Source of the DNA: Lama glama
Taxonomy: Eukaryota
Length of the DNA stretch: 64,000 bases
Direction of reading: 5' to 3'
NCBI GenBank assembly: GCA_028534125.1
Contig: CM052832.1
Coordinates: forward strand, 14,634,001-14,698,000
Shown: one piece after another, positions 1-12,470 of the stretch
How the letters are laid out: each line of letters begins with the position of its first letter
How positions within the stretch are numbered: the stretch's first letter is position 1
Translations under genes and position numbers: made by a program
Notes under the pieces: generated by a model
What the model was told of the DNA's origin: nothing
The model's database searches: none
Seen by the model: the letters and a program-made list of their open reading frames with translations, nothing else

Positions 1-1629
1 TTCTCACTCAGGGAAATTCACAACTAAGTCACATTTTATTCAGTCAGTTCTTTTAATCAGTTCTATCCACCATATAACCAGGAGCTATTTCATGAATGTA
101 CACAGGCACAGAGGACAATCTTACCACTAAGCGTTTGTTCGGAGTTGTAGGAAAGGTGAGCAGGAGGCCCATGCTGAGAACCTGTTAGTAACCATACTTA
201 GCTCAAGTCAAGAAAAATAATAGCAATAACGTGATTTATAACAATTAGCACATACACACACAAATCTGATTTTTCTAATGCATTTTAGAAACCATTAATG
301 ATTTTTTTTTAAGTGTCCCAGCAATATACCAGCCAAATAAATGAGCTAGGGAAGGGAGGGCAAGCAGACAGGTGGAGGCTGGGGAGGAATAGAGGCAGCT
401 CATGGGACTGGTAATGTTCTACTTCCTCAGCTGGGTGGTGGGTTCATGGTACTCAGTTTATTATTATGTCTCATATAATTTTCATCTTATATCTTTTTAA
501 ATATCAAATTTTACCTAATTTATTTTTAACTAGATCATTTTGATTAAAGGCTTACAATAAATGGTTCAAGAGGAAACTATTTCAAACTGAATACAGCCTT
601 ATCACTAAAAGTAAAACACAAGTATATGCAAAGACACAAAATTCAACAGGTACAGAATAATTTAAACAGAAACAGTAACACTAAACTTCTAAATACTTTG
701 TTAAAAATCCCTCCATAATATAATGTGCATTCAGCATTTCTTAGAAGAAACTGATCTAGACCAAAGATTAAAATGAGGCACCTGAAAACTTGATTTCTTT
801 GCTCTCTATAGTACATTAAATTTTAATTAGTTGTCAATATTGGCAACTAATATGTCTTACTACTAGTATGTAAATCTAGATTCCTTTTTTCAACTTTTCA
901 TTATGGAAATATTGAAACTTACACAAGAATAGACTATAAGAATATAATGAACATCCATGTACCCATCATCCAGCTTCACAATTATCCACCCACAGTCAAC
1001 TTTGTTTTATCTCATCCCCATCCATTCATCCCTGCCCACCCACCACGTACTCAATTATTTTACTGCAAATCCCATAATTATATTATTTTATCCTGGCTAA
1101 AAACAACAAGAAAATACTCAGGAGAACTGGCAACACCAAGCCTGTATTCTCAAATGTCAACCACAGGCTGACACTGATACTAGAAGCCTTTTTTAGACAA
1201 GTCATGCATTCCCCAGTTCACATCCCTAAGCCCTCTAGGAATCTGAATTTGTAACCCCAGTTTAAGAAAGCAAGAGACATCTCAATCATTCTGATTGTGT
1301 TTTGGGTTCACAAGCCAGAAAGGCAGGAACTTTCTACCTATTCTCTCTCATCCCTCTAAATGATACCCACAGCAAGCATACTGAATGCTTCCGGCTAGGA
1401 GGCTACTGTAATACCTTTGCACCTTGTCTTACCAGTTCAGCGTAGGCTTCTTACGTCAGTTGTATTTATTCTAATTACATAATTTAATTATTCTATAAAC
1501 CAATAAACTATGAATGTAGGAAAATACTGATTCTATGAAGACAAAGCTGATACTAAGAAAGACACAGGCAAATCATCCCCCAAAAGTACAAATTCGGTAG
1601 GCAAGACCATCATAAAAAACTGGAACTAG

Positions 1630-1768
1630 TGGGAAAGGGTCTACTTCAGTGGTAAAGTGCATGCTTAGCATGTATGAGGTCCCAGCACTACCAGTAACGT
1701 AAATAAATAAATAAACCTAATTACCTCCCCTCACCAAAAAAATACATTAAAAAAAACACTAAATTTTA
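1630..1768 (+). mobile_element. tRNA-derived camelid SINE (Vic-1-like), internally deleted
   Basis: A-box-like head, 'atgcttagcatg' core, 'aataaacctaattacctcccc' tail; TSD aaaa(c/t)tggaacta. Confidence 0.8.
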
Positions 1769-2391
1769 AAAATTGGAACTAAATTGCCTCACCCCTCTAA
1801 TCACTTTAAAGAAAATGAAACTAAAGTTGGTATGGCTTGTTGGTTTCTGTAAGAAATACATGGTGTTCCAATGAGCAGACTCATTCTCAAAGCAAAGGCC
1901 CATGTATGAGAAAAGTCTGCAAATTAATGTACATTTATGTTTAAATAAAATGTCTGAGGTACAAGGATTTTTTTCCCTTCCTGGAATAAAAGACTACCAC
2001 ACCTAAGACCTTTTTCATATACATTAATTTGGCCTAGTTACCCTGCGAGATTAAATCAGCAACAGGGGGTAGCTCAGCTCCAAATCAAACTGAGAAAAGC
2101 AGCAGTACAAGTATACATCTACCCTTCCCTTTATTATAAATGGCCAAAAGTCAAGAGGAGCGTGGGGAACAAGAGAGAGGAAGGAAAACAAAAAAAGAGA
2201 CAGTCTTACCCTGCTTTTAGTAGCTCAAGGTCTTTGGATACCATCCAATTACACTGATAAACCAAATATTTCTCTTTATCATTATACATTCACCATTTGT
2301 AATTTGTTGCAATAACACATTTAGACAGCTAATTAGCTAATTAATTCTTCCATTTAAATGGAGAACTAAAAGACTAGAGATTCAAACCTAC

Positions 2392-2496
2392 CAGGTCCCA
2401 CTGGCATCATCCCAGGAGGCGGAGGGCCCATCATTGGCATCATGGGAGGGCCCCCCATATGGGGTGCTGGCATCATACCAGGGCGAGGAGGACCCG
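2392..2496 (-). CDS. SNRPC: U1-C exon 5 (105 nt; [35 protein letters not shown]); final exon lies outside the window
   Basis: Acceptor tttatttcag|CG and donor G|GTAGGT. Encodes the Pro/Met-rich U1-C C-terminal region. Confidence 0.97.
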
Positions 2497-3028
2497 CTGA
2501 AATAAAGAATGGGGCCTCAGGTTAAGATATGATGGCATATTAACATTTTTTTCTTCTTAATGATATTTCATGATCTGGCCCAAATTCTGTAACAATTCTG
2601 TAACTTCTCATAGTTTCTTTTATAATAGTAGATCCACAAAAACCAGTATATCACAAAACTTGAGTTACTTTATGGCTAAAAAACAAGAACAAGCCTGCCT
2701 AGACAGAAGTATAAAATGAAGACAAGTTTTCCAGGTTAAAAAAATTTCAAAAGTTTAATTTTCAACAGGTGGGTATTATACCCTCTGCAGAGCTCTTGAC
2801 AAAAAACTGATGAACTTAATCTACAAGTACCTAATTTCAAATCTTTTTTTTTCAATCAAAACTTAGGTTTAAGAGTCTTTTGAAATATGAAAATGTATAT
2901 ACAGAGATATCCCTAACAGTATTATTCAGAATAGCAACAATGTGGAACAACTTATATGTCCAACAACAAGAAAACTCTGAGGCTAATTATGGTACATTCA
3001 TACCACTGACAATTCTGTTAAAAATAAT

Positions 3029-3175
3029 TGGGGGGAGGGTATAATTCAAGTGGCAGAGCACATGCTTAGCATGCACGAAGTCCTGGGTTCAATCCCCAGT
3101 ACCTCCTCCAAATAGAAATAAATAAATAAATTTAATTACCTCCCCCTTATAAAAAACAAAAAAATAAAAAAGAAG
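3029..3175 (+). mobile_element. tRNA-derived camelid SINE (Vic-1-like)
   Basis: Pol III A/B boxes (B box GGTTCAATCCC), A-rich tail; TSD taaaaataat at 3019-3028 and 3176-3185. Confidence 0.88.
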
Positions 3176-3955
3176 TAAAAATAATGGCGTTAAGTGCCAG
3201 CCAGTCACGACAGAGTAGGAGAGTAAGATGACCTTAGAGCTGCTGTGAGCTGAGCCCTGACCAGGTCCCAGGATGACAGGATTCCGAGAAGGGTTTGCTG
3301 GGTAACTAGGGGTCCACCTGCATTAGTGTGCAACTATTATAAACTTCTCTGTGTTTACATCCATGATTATTTGCAGGACTGAGTTTAGGTCTCTGAGTTC
3401 AATTTCAATCTGAACTCTTCCAGGAGTGCCAAAAAACTTATGGCCTAGTTACTTAATCTCCTCCTGTCTGTCATGCAGGAACAACAAACCTTCTCAGAGA
3501 GGACAGGCCTTGGATCCACTCCCTTTGAACTATTCAATTTTTGTCTTTCACAAGGCGTATACATTGGTGTTAGGTAGGTTAGAAGATAGGGGGAAAGACT
3601 GAGGAATTTATCAACTACTTCAATCCTCCAGTGTTGTATTTATAGCAGTAAATAGTTTATGGACTCAGCAGTACCTCTTCATGTATCAGCTCATCTAACC
3701 ACAGGTACATTCTGAGCTTTCCATTCAATCTGTCTCAGATGCACTTGGGATGCCACAAATATAATACCTTAGTAATAATGCAATCAGAAGATAACTCTAA
3801 AGATATTTCAGAAATTATAATGCTAAAGTTGTTCTTTATTACTGTCCATGTATTCATTTAATGAGTATTTGAAAGCCAACTGTGAGATAATCTAACAAAA
3901 TCAAAGGATAATCTGTCCAGTTACACCCCTTAAGATAAAAACTTTATAAACTCAC

Positions 3956-4045
3956 GGAGACTGGGGGGAGGTGGGATCATTGCCCCTGCAGGAGGAGGAG
4001 CAGAGAATGGAGTAGGAGGTATCTTTCCTTGTTGAAATGCAGCAG
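3956..4045 (-). CDS. SNRPC: U1-C exon 4 (90 nt; [30 protein letters not shown])
   Basis: Acceptor ctctctccaaag|CT and donor C|GTGAGT; phase 1-1. Confidence 0.97.
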
Positions 4046-4374
4046 CTTTGGAGAGAGTGAGAAAAAAACAACACACAGTGAATAAGAATTCAACAACCCA
4101 TTTATTTTTACTAAAATAACTACTTTCTTTTAAATCTTTAACAGTCCCTTTATTTCAGTGTAAAGTGCACTCATCTAAGATTACTACATCATGGCCTCTA
4201 CAATTTTTAAATCAACTTTAGGTATTTACCAGCTAAAACTGCAATTAATTGGTTTATTGATTTGGCTTTTTTAACCAGTTTTTATTTAGTCAGCATTTCT
4301 ATAGCTGAATTAACTGAGAGACTAGAGTGAAAACCTCCCACCTATAAACGTCTTACCAAAGAGAAGCAGTCATT

Positions 4375-4528
4375 AAGGACAGGAGGGTATAACTCAGTGG
4401 TAGAGCACATGCTCAGCATGCACAAGGTCCTGGGTTCAATCCCCAGTACTTCTATTAAAATAAGTAAATACATAAACACGATTATCTCCCCCACAAAGCA
4501 AAACAACAACAACGATGATGACGATGAA
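4375..4528 (+). mobile_element. tRNA-derived camelid SINE (Vic-1-like)
   Basis: A/B boxes; TSD aagcagtcatt at 4364-4374 and 4529-4539; tail has decayed to (AAC)n(GAT)n. Confidence 0.88.
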
Positions 4529-5959
4529 AAGCAGTCATTTTTAATCTGTAGATGCGGTTTATACTCAATTCAAGCCACTCATAGTTTTGTTTGAAAAATG
4601 TGATACCTGCCTAGAGGCCAGGCTTTGTAAAACTTCAGTCCTTCCTATATATATGCTTTCCTGCATGAAAACAGTATGCTACTTCAGTTTACTACTTTGT
4701 GAAATTAACACATCAAGCTAAGAGATGTGAAAGAAATAAAGATTTCAATGTAACAGCCTGCCCTGAAGGAGATTATGATCTTAAAAAATGTCCAATACAA
4801 TCACCTTTTAATTTTTCTTTCAGACAATATGAGGCACAAATGAAAACAAAAGAAACTGAAGATCATTTATATTTGGTTTGAAAAAGGAGTCATAAATAAA
4901 TACTAAAATACACACTCATAAAGTCAATTCCTAAATTTGTTAGTCCTTCCCAGTTCAGTGCAGTCTGCAGCCCAGATATTCCTCCATTCTACTCCACCCC
5001 CACCAGTGCAAAGGAGATCAAGTTACTTAGGTAGATCACTAATGATTCATATGGACCAGATCCAAAAAGTGACCTAGAGTACAGATGCAGGAACAACTAC
5101 CGACATGCCTGTAAACAGAGCCTATGCTCTCTCAGGGATCATATCCCCCAGTAAAGGTTTTCCAAGCCATTGAATCAACAGCAGACTAAACATCAACATA
5201 ATCGTGACCATCATAAGGTATGTCCCTGAGGGTTTGCCTCCTCTCCTCTTAAAGTCTTCCATCAAAAATGTTTACTCATCCTAAATTATTTTGCCGAGTA
5301 TAAAAAAATAACAAACATAATGCTAACCTTTAATGCAAGAAATTTCTAACATCTTTTCAAATAGAGGGGAAAGTACATTATAAAAATTTTCCAGGTGAAA
5401 TGGGACAATGTCTAAGATTTGCACTAGCCTAAACAACAAAAATGTTCCTAATTAAACAAAAAAAGTATCATATGTACAATAGGGGTCCAAAATACAGCCA
5501 GACTGTTTCACCACTTCAGTTACTTACTTTTTGACCACCTATCTTTTCCAGGACACAGAATAAAACTCTTAAACTCTCTGAGGAGAACTACAAACTCACC
5601 CCCTACCTTTTCCTACTGTAAAAGGAACAGTTCTAAAAACTATAGATCATTACAAAGGAGGTTTTATATAAATCTGTTACGAAATGTGGCCTACATCAAT
5701 AAAGAAATACCGGGCAGCTCATTCTTCTCTGCCACACTTCCCAGTCTACCCAATACCTGATTGCTGTAACCTCAATAATTAATATTAATGTGTTCCTATA
5801 TCCCTAGGAAACCAAAGACCTTCACTTCTTTCATTCAATGCATCAGAATGCTCCTATTTATCATTCAGAATGAGTTGCTTCTGTGGAAAACAAAAGAGAG
5901 ACAGGGACAAAAAAGAATGGGACCATTCTACCACATGAGAACAAAAGACTGAAACGTAC

Positions 5960-6068
5960 TTGTTTTGTCAATCAGGCTCTGAGCCTGCTCTTCCATCCAT
6001 TTCTGATAGTAGTCTTTCACATTCTCTTTGTGTTTCCTACCACTGCAATGTGTCTTTCTCACAGATGG
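5960..6068 (-). CDS. SNRPC: U1-C exon 3 (109 nt; [36 protein letters not shown])
   Basis: Acceptor ttttacag|CCA and donor A|GTACGT. Frame is continuous with exon 2. Confidence 0.97.
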
Positions 6069-6252
6069 CTGTAAAACAAAAAGGTCATATCAGACAAAGA
6101 AACAAATATCCAAAATCAGAAAATTTTTAAAGCCTTACCTTTACATAGGTAGACTGGCTACCTTTAGCAGCTCCAGCTGGGTGCTAAAGCATCACTTAAA
6201 AACTTATCTAGCAATGTACTGTGGTAATTTATCTACTATATTAATTATCTAA

Positions 6253-6685
6253 ACTGGAGTCAGCAAACTATGGCCCATGGGTGAGCCATCTGAATTTGTG
6301 GAAAAAAGTACTGGAACATAGCTGCATTAATTTGTTTAGGTATAGCCTTGTCTTCTCTCTGCAACAGCACAGTTGAGTAATTACAACAAAGACCATATGG
6401 TCCACAAACCTAAAATAATTACAATCTGACATCTGAAGAAAAAGTTTGCAATCCAAACAAGTTTATACTGTATAGCACAGGGAACCATATTCAATATGTT
6501 GTAGTAACTTATGATGAAAGGAATATGAAAATGAATGTATGTTCCTATATGACTGAAGTATTGTGCTGTACATCAGAAATTGACACAGCATTGTAAATTG
6601 ATTACACTTCAATAAAAATGTATTTTAAAAAATAAAATAAAATATACCACTAGGGAAAAAAAAAGTTTGCAATTCACTCATCTAG
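6253..6685. mobile_element. MER58A-like hAT MITE interrupted by an L1 3' fragment (6453-6659, + strand)
   Basis: MER58-like ends 'gtcagcaaactatggcc' and 'aaaagtttgc'; L1 tail flanked by 14-bp TSD aaaaagtttgcaat at 6439-6452 and 6660-6673. Confidence 0.75.
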
Positions 6686-8317
6686 GACACAATGTCACTT
6701 TTATGCTCTTTCCGAGGTTATTCTACAGCAAAATAATATTGCTCACATATATTTAAATAACAATTTATGGGAATATATTTTTTTAAAGGACCACTGGTCT
6801 AGAATACAGACTCTATGTGAATCACACACAGCCCTTTGTCTCTAGCCCCCTAATCCTTTTGTTTTTTAACAGCTTTATTGAGGTAAATGACATAAGATAG
6901 ATTCCACACACTTAACCTTTTATATTTTTAAGTTAACATTTATTTATTTAGCTCTTACTACATGCCAGACACCATGCTATGTACTTTACAAGCAGTGTCT
7001 CAGTCCACATAAAAACCACATCTGTATGGCACAGGGGAATAATCAGAAAGAATGAATCACTGATACGTGCAATATGGACAAATCTCAAAAACATGCTGAG
7101 CAAAAGATATCAGACACACACACAGAGTACGTAAGATTCCATTCATATGAAGTTTAAAACCAGTAATAATGATCTTTAGTAATAAAAACCAAATCACTTG
7201 GGGTCAGGGGTGCAGGGGATTGACTGCAAAGAAACACAGGAGAACTTTCTGCAGTGACGAAAATGTTCCATTATCTTGATGTATGTAAGTCAAGTTGTAA
7301 TCATCTGACAAACAGTCAAACTGTACACTTAAAATGTATGCATTTAAATGAAAATAAATTATAATTCAATAAGCTGATTAAAAAACCACAAGGATACTAT
7401 CTTCTATTTATGCTTAAAGACTTATCTCAAAACACATAGACAGCAGCAAACCAAGGCCTAGAATCCAGATCTCATTCAGATGCTCCTCATGGCTGCCTAC
7501 CTGCTTCCTACCTCTCTTCATATGACTGCTTCAGCGGGAGCAGGTGTGACCAATGTCATGTTAGTAGAAACTGTCTTTTCATGGTCTACATTTCAAAATA
7601 CTGTTCCCTGTCTCCCAAACCACTGCTTATACTAATACAATAATGATGCCCGAAGCCTAACAACAAAATTATGCCTAAAAACCAGCAGAAGGCTCAAAAG
7701 TTAGAGTACTGAACATTTTATACATTTCAAAGTCCACCACAGGAAATGTTCAATCGCTAGGAAACCTCATATTTTCACAAGATACCATGTTAGAACAACA
7801 GTTTTACGAGGGTTCCCGATATTTCTCATAAAGAGATATTTATCATAAAGTTACTTTTCAATTCTCTGAATTCTGGCATTAGAGAGGTAAGTGAGTATAT
7901 GACAATACAGCACTGGAAAAGGATAGAAAGGCATAGCCCCCCCCACACACTAACAATTTCAGAAAATTATGGCTAGGAGTTTGAACTAGGAGTTAAGAAT
8001 ACAAAACCAAACCAAACAAAAAGACCAGGAGTCTACAGGCAACCTACTACCAATACCAACTTACTGGAGAAGTCTCCTCCAGGACCATCTGTAGTAACAC
8101 TTACAACTATTATTTTTTCAAGAGGAACAACTCTACTTACATGTTCTAAAAATCTATTAATGCTGAACTACATCTTACCATGTGCTAGAGAGAATTCCAA
8201 AGGAAGTGACAACAGAGAAATCATTGGTTAGGTTCTTGCAGGTACTATTCAAGATGACATGATGATCAAGAGTTCTGATTTAACCAGGTCTCTACAGAGG
8301 CAGCAAGCTAGAGAGCC

Positions 8318-8756
8318 GCAGTTCTCAAGGTGTGGCTCACAGGCACCTCTCAAAGTATAAGACAGACCAGTGAATTTTAACATAATAGAGCATCTGTTAT
8401 GGTTTCAGACTCCACACTGCAACTAACCATGTGTTGAGTTTTGGTGCAGTAATACAAAGCATTAAAGAATATCCACAATTGTCTAAAAATGCTATTAAAG
8501 TACTCTCATATTCATGTGAGGCTGGATTCTTCACACACTTCAACCAAAACATAGTGCAAAAGATTTAATGAAGATGAGAATTCAGCCAGCTTCTATTAAG
8601 ACAGACATTACAGAGGTTTCCAAAAATGTTAAAACACCATTCTTCATACTAAATTTTTTGTTTTGGAAAAATAGCAATTTTTCACTTTTAAAATGTTATA
8701 AGTCAGTAACTTTTAAAAGCGTAAAGGGACTCTGAAACAAGAATTTTGAGAGCTGC
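8318..8756. mobile_element. hAT-Charlie DNA transposon remnant
   Basis: Terminal inverted motifs gcagttctcaa / ttgagagctgc; internal Charlie-like sequence. Confidence 0.55.
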
Positions 8757-8769
8757 TGACATAGAAAAC

Positions 8770-8995
8770 TCTGGAGTTACACTGTCTAGGCTTATCTTCC
8801 AGCTCTATTCAACTTTCTGGTTTTATAATATCCAGTCAGTTATTTACCAACACTGCCTCAGTCTCCCCCTCTGTAAAATGGGAGATAATACTAACGTCAC
8901 AGGATTATCATGAGCATTTAACAAAATGATACATGTAAAACATTTGGAACACTGCCTGGCACACAATATTCAGTCTTAATTGCTGTTATTATTTG
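8770..8995. mobile_element. MIR SINE
   Basis: Core 'gcctcagtctccccctctgtaaaatgggagataata...acactgcctggcacaca'. Confidence 0.75.
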
Positions 8996-9374
8996 CTAAG
9001 CCGTTTTTAATCAAATCAAAGTACTCAATTCCAAATTTAGGCATTTCTTTCCAATTTAATCCAACATTTGAGAATCTTGGACACAATCAAATACTTGAAC
9101 TTTAGGACATTTTCCTAGAATTTTCACTTGTCATATAAATTTTTGCTACCTTCAAGTTTGCTAAAGCTTTGTTATTTGGGGTCACCACTGAAAACACTGA
9201 CTGCTGGAAGACTAATAACTTCAAATTATGAAGACAGTTGCAGGAAGGGTGGAAAAACAAATACCCTGAGGTATTTTCTCCAAGCAGTAGCCCTTAAATC
9301 TTAGCAAAATGAAAAGCATAAATTTCAAAATTAAAAAAACTAATTAAACATAAGGTTTTTTTAGGTTCCCTTTC

Positions 9375-9778
9375 TTTAAATTTATTTTTAAATTGAAGTA
9401 TAGTTGATTTACAACATTGTTAGTTTCAGGTATACAACACAGTGATTCAACATTTTTGTAGCTTATACTCCGTTTAAACTTACTATAAAATAATAGATAT
9501 AATCCCCCTGTCCTGTATAATATATCTCTGTTGCTTACCTATTTTATACATAGTAGTTTATACCTCTTAATCCTATACCTCTATTTTGCTCCTCCCCACT
9601 GGTAACCACTAGTTTGTTCTCTATATCAGTTGAGTCTGTTTCTGTTTTATTATATATATTCGTTTTATTTTTTTTAACTTCCACAAATAAGTGGTAACAG
9701 AGTATTTGTCTTTCTCTGACTTAGTTCACTAAGCCTAATATTAGGTCCCTCCACATTGTTGCGAATGGCAGACATATA
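9375..9778 (-). mobile_element. L1 3' end (artiodactyl-type), sense to SNRPC in intron 2
   Basis: Reverse-complement L1 3' UTR 'aattgaagtatagttgatttacaac...ggtaaccactagtttgttctc...gttgcgaatggca'. Confidence 0.8.
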
Positions 9779-9813
9779 CAGTTTTTTTCAAACTGAACAG
9801 AAACACTACTTAC

Positions 9814-9856
9814 AGAGTCATGGGTGAGGTATGTATCGCAGTAGTCACAATAAAAC
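9814..9856 (-). CDS. SNRPC: U1-C exon 2 (43 nt; K-FYCDYCDTYLTHDS, matrin-type zinc finger N-half)
   Basis: Acceptor cctctttccag|G and donor TCT|GTAAGT. Translation matches the U1-C N-terminus. Confidence 0.97.
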
Positions 9857-10019
9857 CTGGAAAGAGGAGGAAGGTAGACAAAAAGAGAAGATGACAACCG
9901 GTTAACAGATGCCCATCCAACAAGGAGCTGTTCATTGAAGGTAAAAAAAATTAAGTAAAAGACGTATTCAAGATTCGAAGATGTCAAAGCGTCCTGAGAT
10001 AAATCAAGCTTTTTGGCTG

Positions 10020-10450
10020 CCTTACGCGGAGTCGACCTCCACACTCGGAAAAGGGTATTTAGAGCTTCCGATCTCCCTCCCTCCCCGAGACCCTCACACT
10101 CCCCTAGAGGCTCCAGGAGCCAGAACCCGCCCTGAGCTGCCCCGCAGGGACACAATTATAGAGATCGAGGCCGCAAACATCCTTAGACTCAAGGCCCCAC
10201 TCACTTCGGCATGTTGCTCTGTAAGCCGTTGGTCACTCCGTTCGGCGCCGCCGGGAAGTGACGCACAAAGTAAGCGCCGGCGTGGGGTGGAACAGATTAG
10301 TCAAACATGACGTCAGAAACCCCACCCAGTCATCCAATCCGCCCGCGGAGTCGCTCTTGGGAAGCGTTATCCTCATCGGCGGCCGAGCGAGGGGTGGGGC
10401 TTGTCCTGCACCTCCCTTCACCTAGAGGAAGGCGGGAAAGGGAGGGTGGT
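10020..10450 (-). promoter_or_regulatory. SNRPC CpG-island promoter
   Basis: CpG-rich. ETS/half-CRE composite GGAAGTGACGC at about 10254-10264, full CRE TGACGTCA at 10308-10315, CCAAT at 10334-10338, GC box at 10339-10344. Confidence 0.85.
10205..10212 (-). CDS. SNRPC: U1 snRNP protein C, coding exon 1 (ATG CCG AA)
   Basis: Minus strand reads gagcaacATGCCGAA|GTGAGT with a canonical donor, inside a CpG island. Joins exon 2 to give MPKFYCDYC. Confidence 0.95.
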
Positions 10451-11854
10451 ACTAAGGATCCCTGCAAGGTTCAATCTACGTCCATGCCCTTAGATTCTTG
10501 ATGATCCCGAAGTGTGGTATTCATCCTTTCTTTCGACAGTTATCTAACGATTGGCTGCTATGTTCCAGGCACTGCTGTAAATGCTGCGAAGACAGCAGTG
10601 AACAAAACAAACGTTTTTGACCTCATGGAGTTGACTTTAGAGTTGGAGAAGACAAATAATAAAGACTATGTAGTGGGTTAGATGGAACCAAACGCCATGC
10701 GGGAGGGGGGGATAAAGCAAGGAAGAGGGGAGTTCAACATTAAATAAGACAGAAAACTTGCTGAGAAAGTGACAACTGAGAAATAATAGGTTTCTTAAAG
10801 CAAGAAAGCCAGGCGCAAGCTGTTTTACACAGTGTCTCTTTTTTGAGTCTCATTACCCCGGGAGATGGTACAGTCCTCAGTTTCAAATCCCGTCGCTGCT
10901 TCCTAGCTGTGCTGCTCTCACAAGATATTTAATCTTTATGAGCCTATTTCCTCATCTGAAAAATATGGATTATAATTCTTACTTGTGGCATTTGAGGAAG
11001 AATTAAATTTGAAAATACATGTAAAATGTTAAAGTACAGTGTCTGTACATACTAAGCCTTCCACAAATGGCAATTATCTTTACATAGGAGGAAACATAAA
11101 AAATAAGCCGTCCCCGGGTATAACCTGTTCTAGCTGTTCTAGCAACAAGGCTAAACTTCCAGCCTGGTGTACCAGACTCCAAAATGGCCTGACTCCTCTT
11201 TCAGAAAAGGGAAATAAGTGTTGAGAACTGGGAGGAGGAGCTTTTGCTTTTTTAGCTCCATATTCTCCAGTGGTGGAGTTGCAACTAAAATAATAATAAT
11301 TAACTTTATTTCAATGTTTACTATGTCCTAGGTGATTTAAATGCATTAATTTATTTAATCTATACAACCTGTTATTCACATTTCAGATGAGGAAACTGAG
11401 CTTTAACAAGGTTAAGTGTACCACAAAAATGCTTCCTGCTCTTAAAAATTAACTGCACAATGAAGGCTTTCATCATCTTAATATAATGGTAAATCTTACC
11501 ATTATTAACAGTGGAACAATAAGCTAGTATGTGTCTCCTGCTGGGATGCTAACATTAAGTAGACACCATCAACTGTGATGTATTCTTACCAAAAATGTTT
11601 AACTTGGATCTAAACAGGTATATAGGAGAGGCAAGAGGATCAAGCTAAAGGAAAGCAAAAGTCAGTGAACAGATTCAGGAGGTGAGACATTCTGTAGAGT
11701 AACTAGCCACTTTCCTGCACCAAGACAAAAAGTGTCATTCTAAATCAAAAAATTTTTAGAGACATAACAACCAGAAGTAGTGTATGGTCCAGGATTAGAT
11801 CCTAGTTTGGACAAATCAGTTATAAGGAACACTTTTGGGAAACTGTCTGGGCCT

Positions 11855-12470
11855 TAATGTTGCAGTGCTAGAAACCGGCCTTTGAGCAGTCAGCCTAAGT
11901 TGATTCTTCTCAAGGGGAAACATTTGTGAATTATGTTTTGATTTTTTCCTAACTTCCCTCTGTGCTGATCCTGGGCCTGTTTTGCCCTTAAACCCATTTC
12001 TCACTTTCCCCCTGCTTTTCTCAGTATGGCAGTGGAGGCTGACCCCATAAAGGAAGTCTGTGTGTCCTAGACTCCTGTGCTGGTTGACTTTCAGACTGAG
12101 TTGCTGGGCTCCATTAATGGGAGACACTTCTGGAGATTGGAGGGATTGAGGAAGAAGCCAGAGTATCCATTCTCACTCCTACTCCACCTCCCAACCTCAG
12201 GCTGTCTCCTCCAACTACCTGGCTCCAACTTCTAGCACATGAGCCCAACCCCAACCTCCTCCTCTCCCCGCCCCGGCTCTGGTAACACCATGTCCTTCTT
12301 CTGCCCCTCCAGTTTAAGGGTAGCAGTAACTTCTTGCTATAATTCATCTCTGGGCTATTTCACTGTTCTGTTTCACTTATCATCCCTGCCAACATCTATG
12401 TAAACCAATTCTCTGAATTAAATTCCCTATTTTAAATACTTAAAGTGATCTCTTTTATACCACTCAAAGG
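11855..12470 (+). mobile_element. Old ERVL-type LTR remnant (tentative)
   Basis: 3' end 'attaaattccctattttaaatacttaaagtgatctc' resembles LTR16/33-class termini; family not certain. Confidence 0.35.

Noticed and set aside
3029..3110. tRNA-like sequences (also near 1630, 4380, 22830, 43050 and 52650)
   Set aside because: They have A-rich tails, target-site duplications and a shared non-tRNA 3' part, so they are SINEs rather than tRNA genes.
9721..10155. 144-aa minus-strand ORF containing FYCDYCDTYLTHDS
   Set aside because: Read-through of SNRPC intron 1 and exon 2 from a non-ATG start; explained by exon 2.
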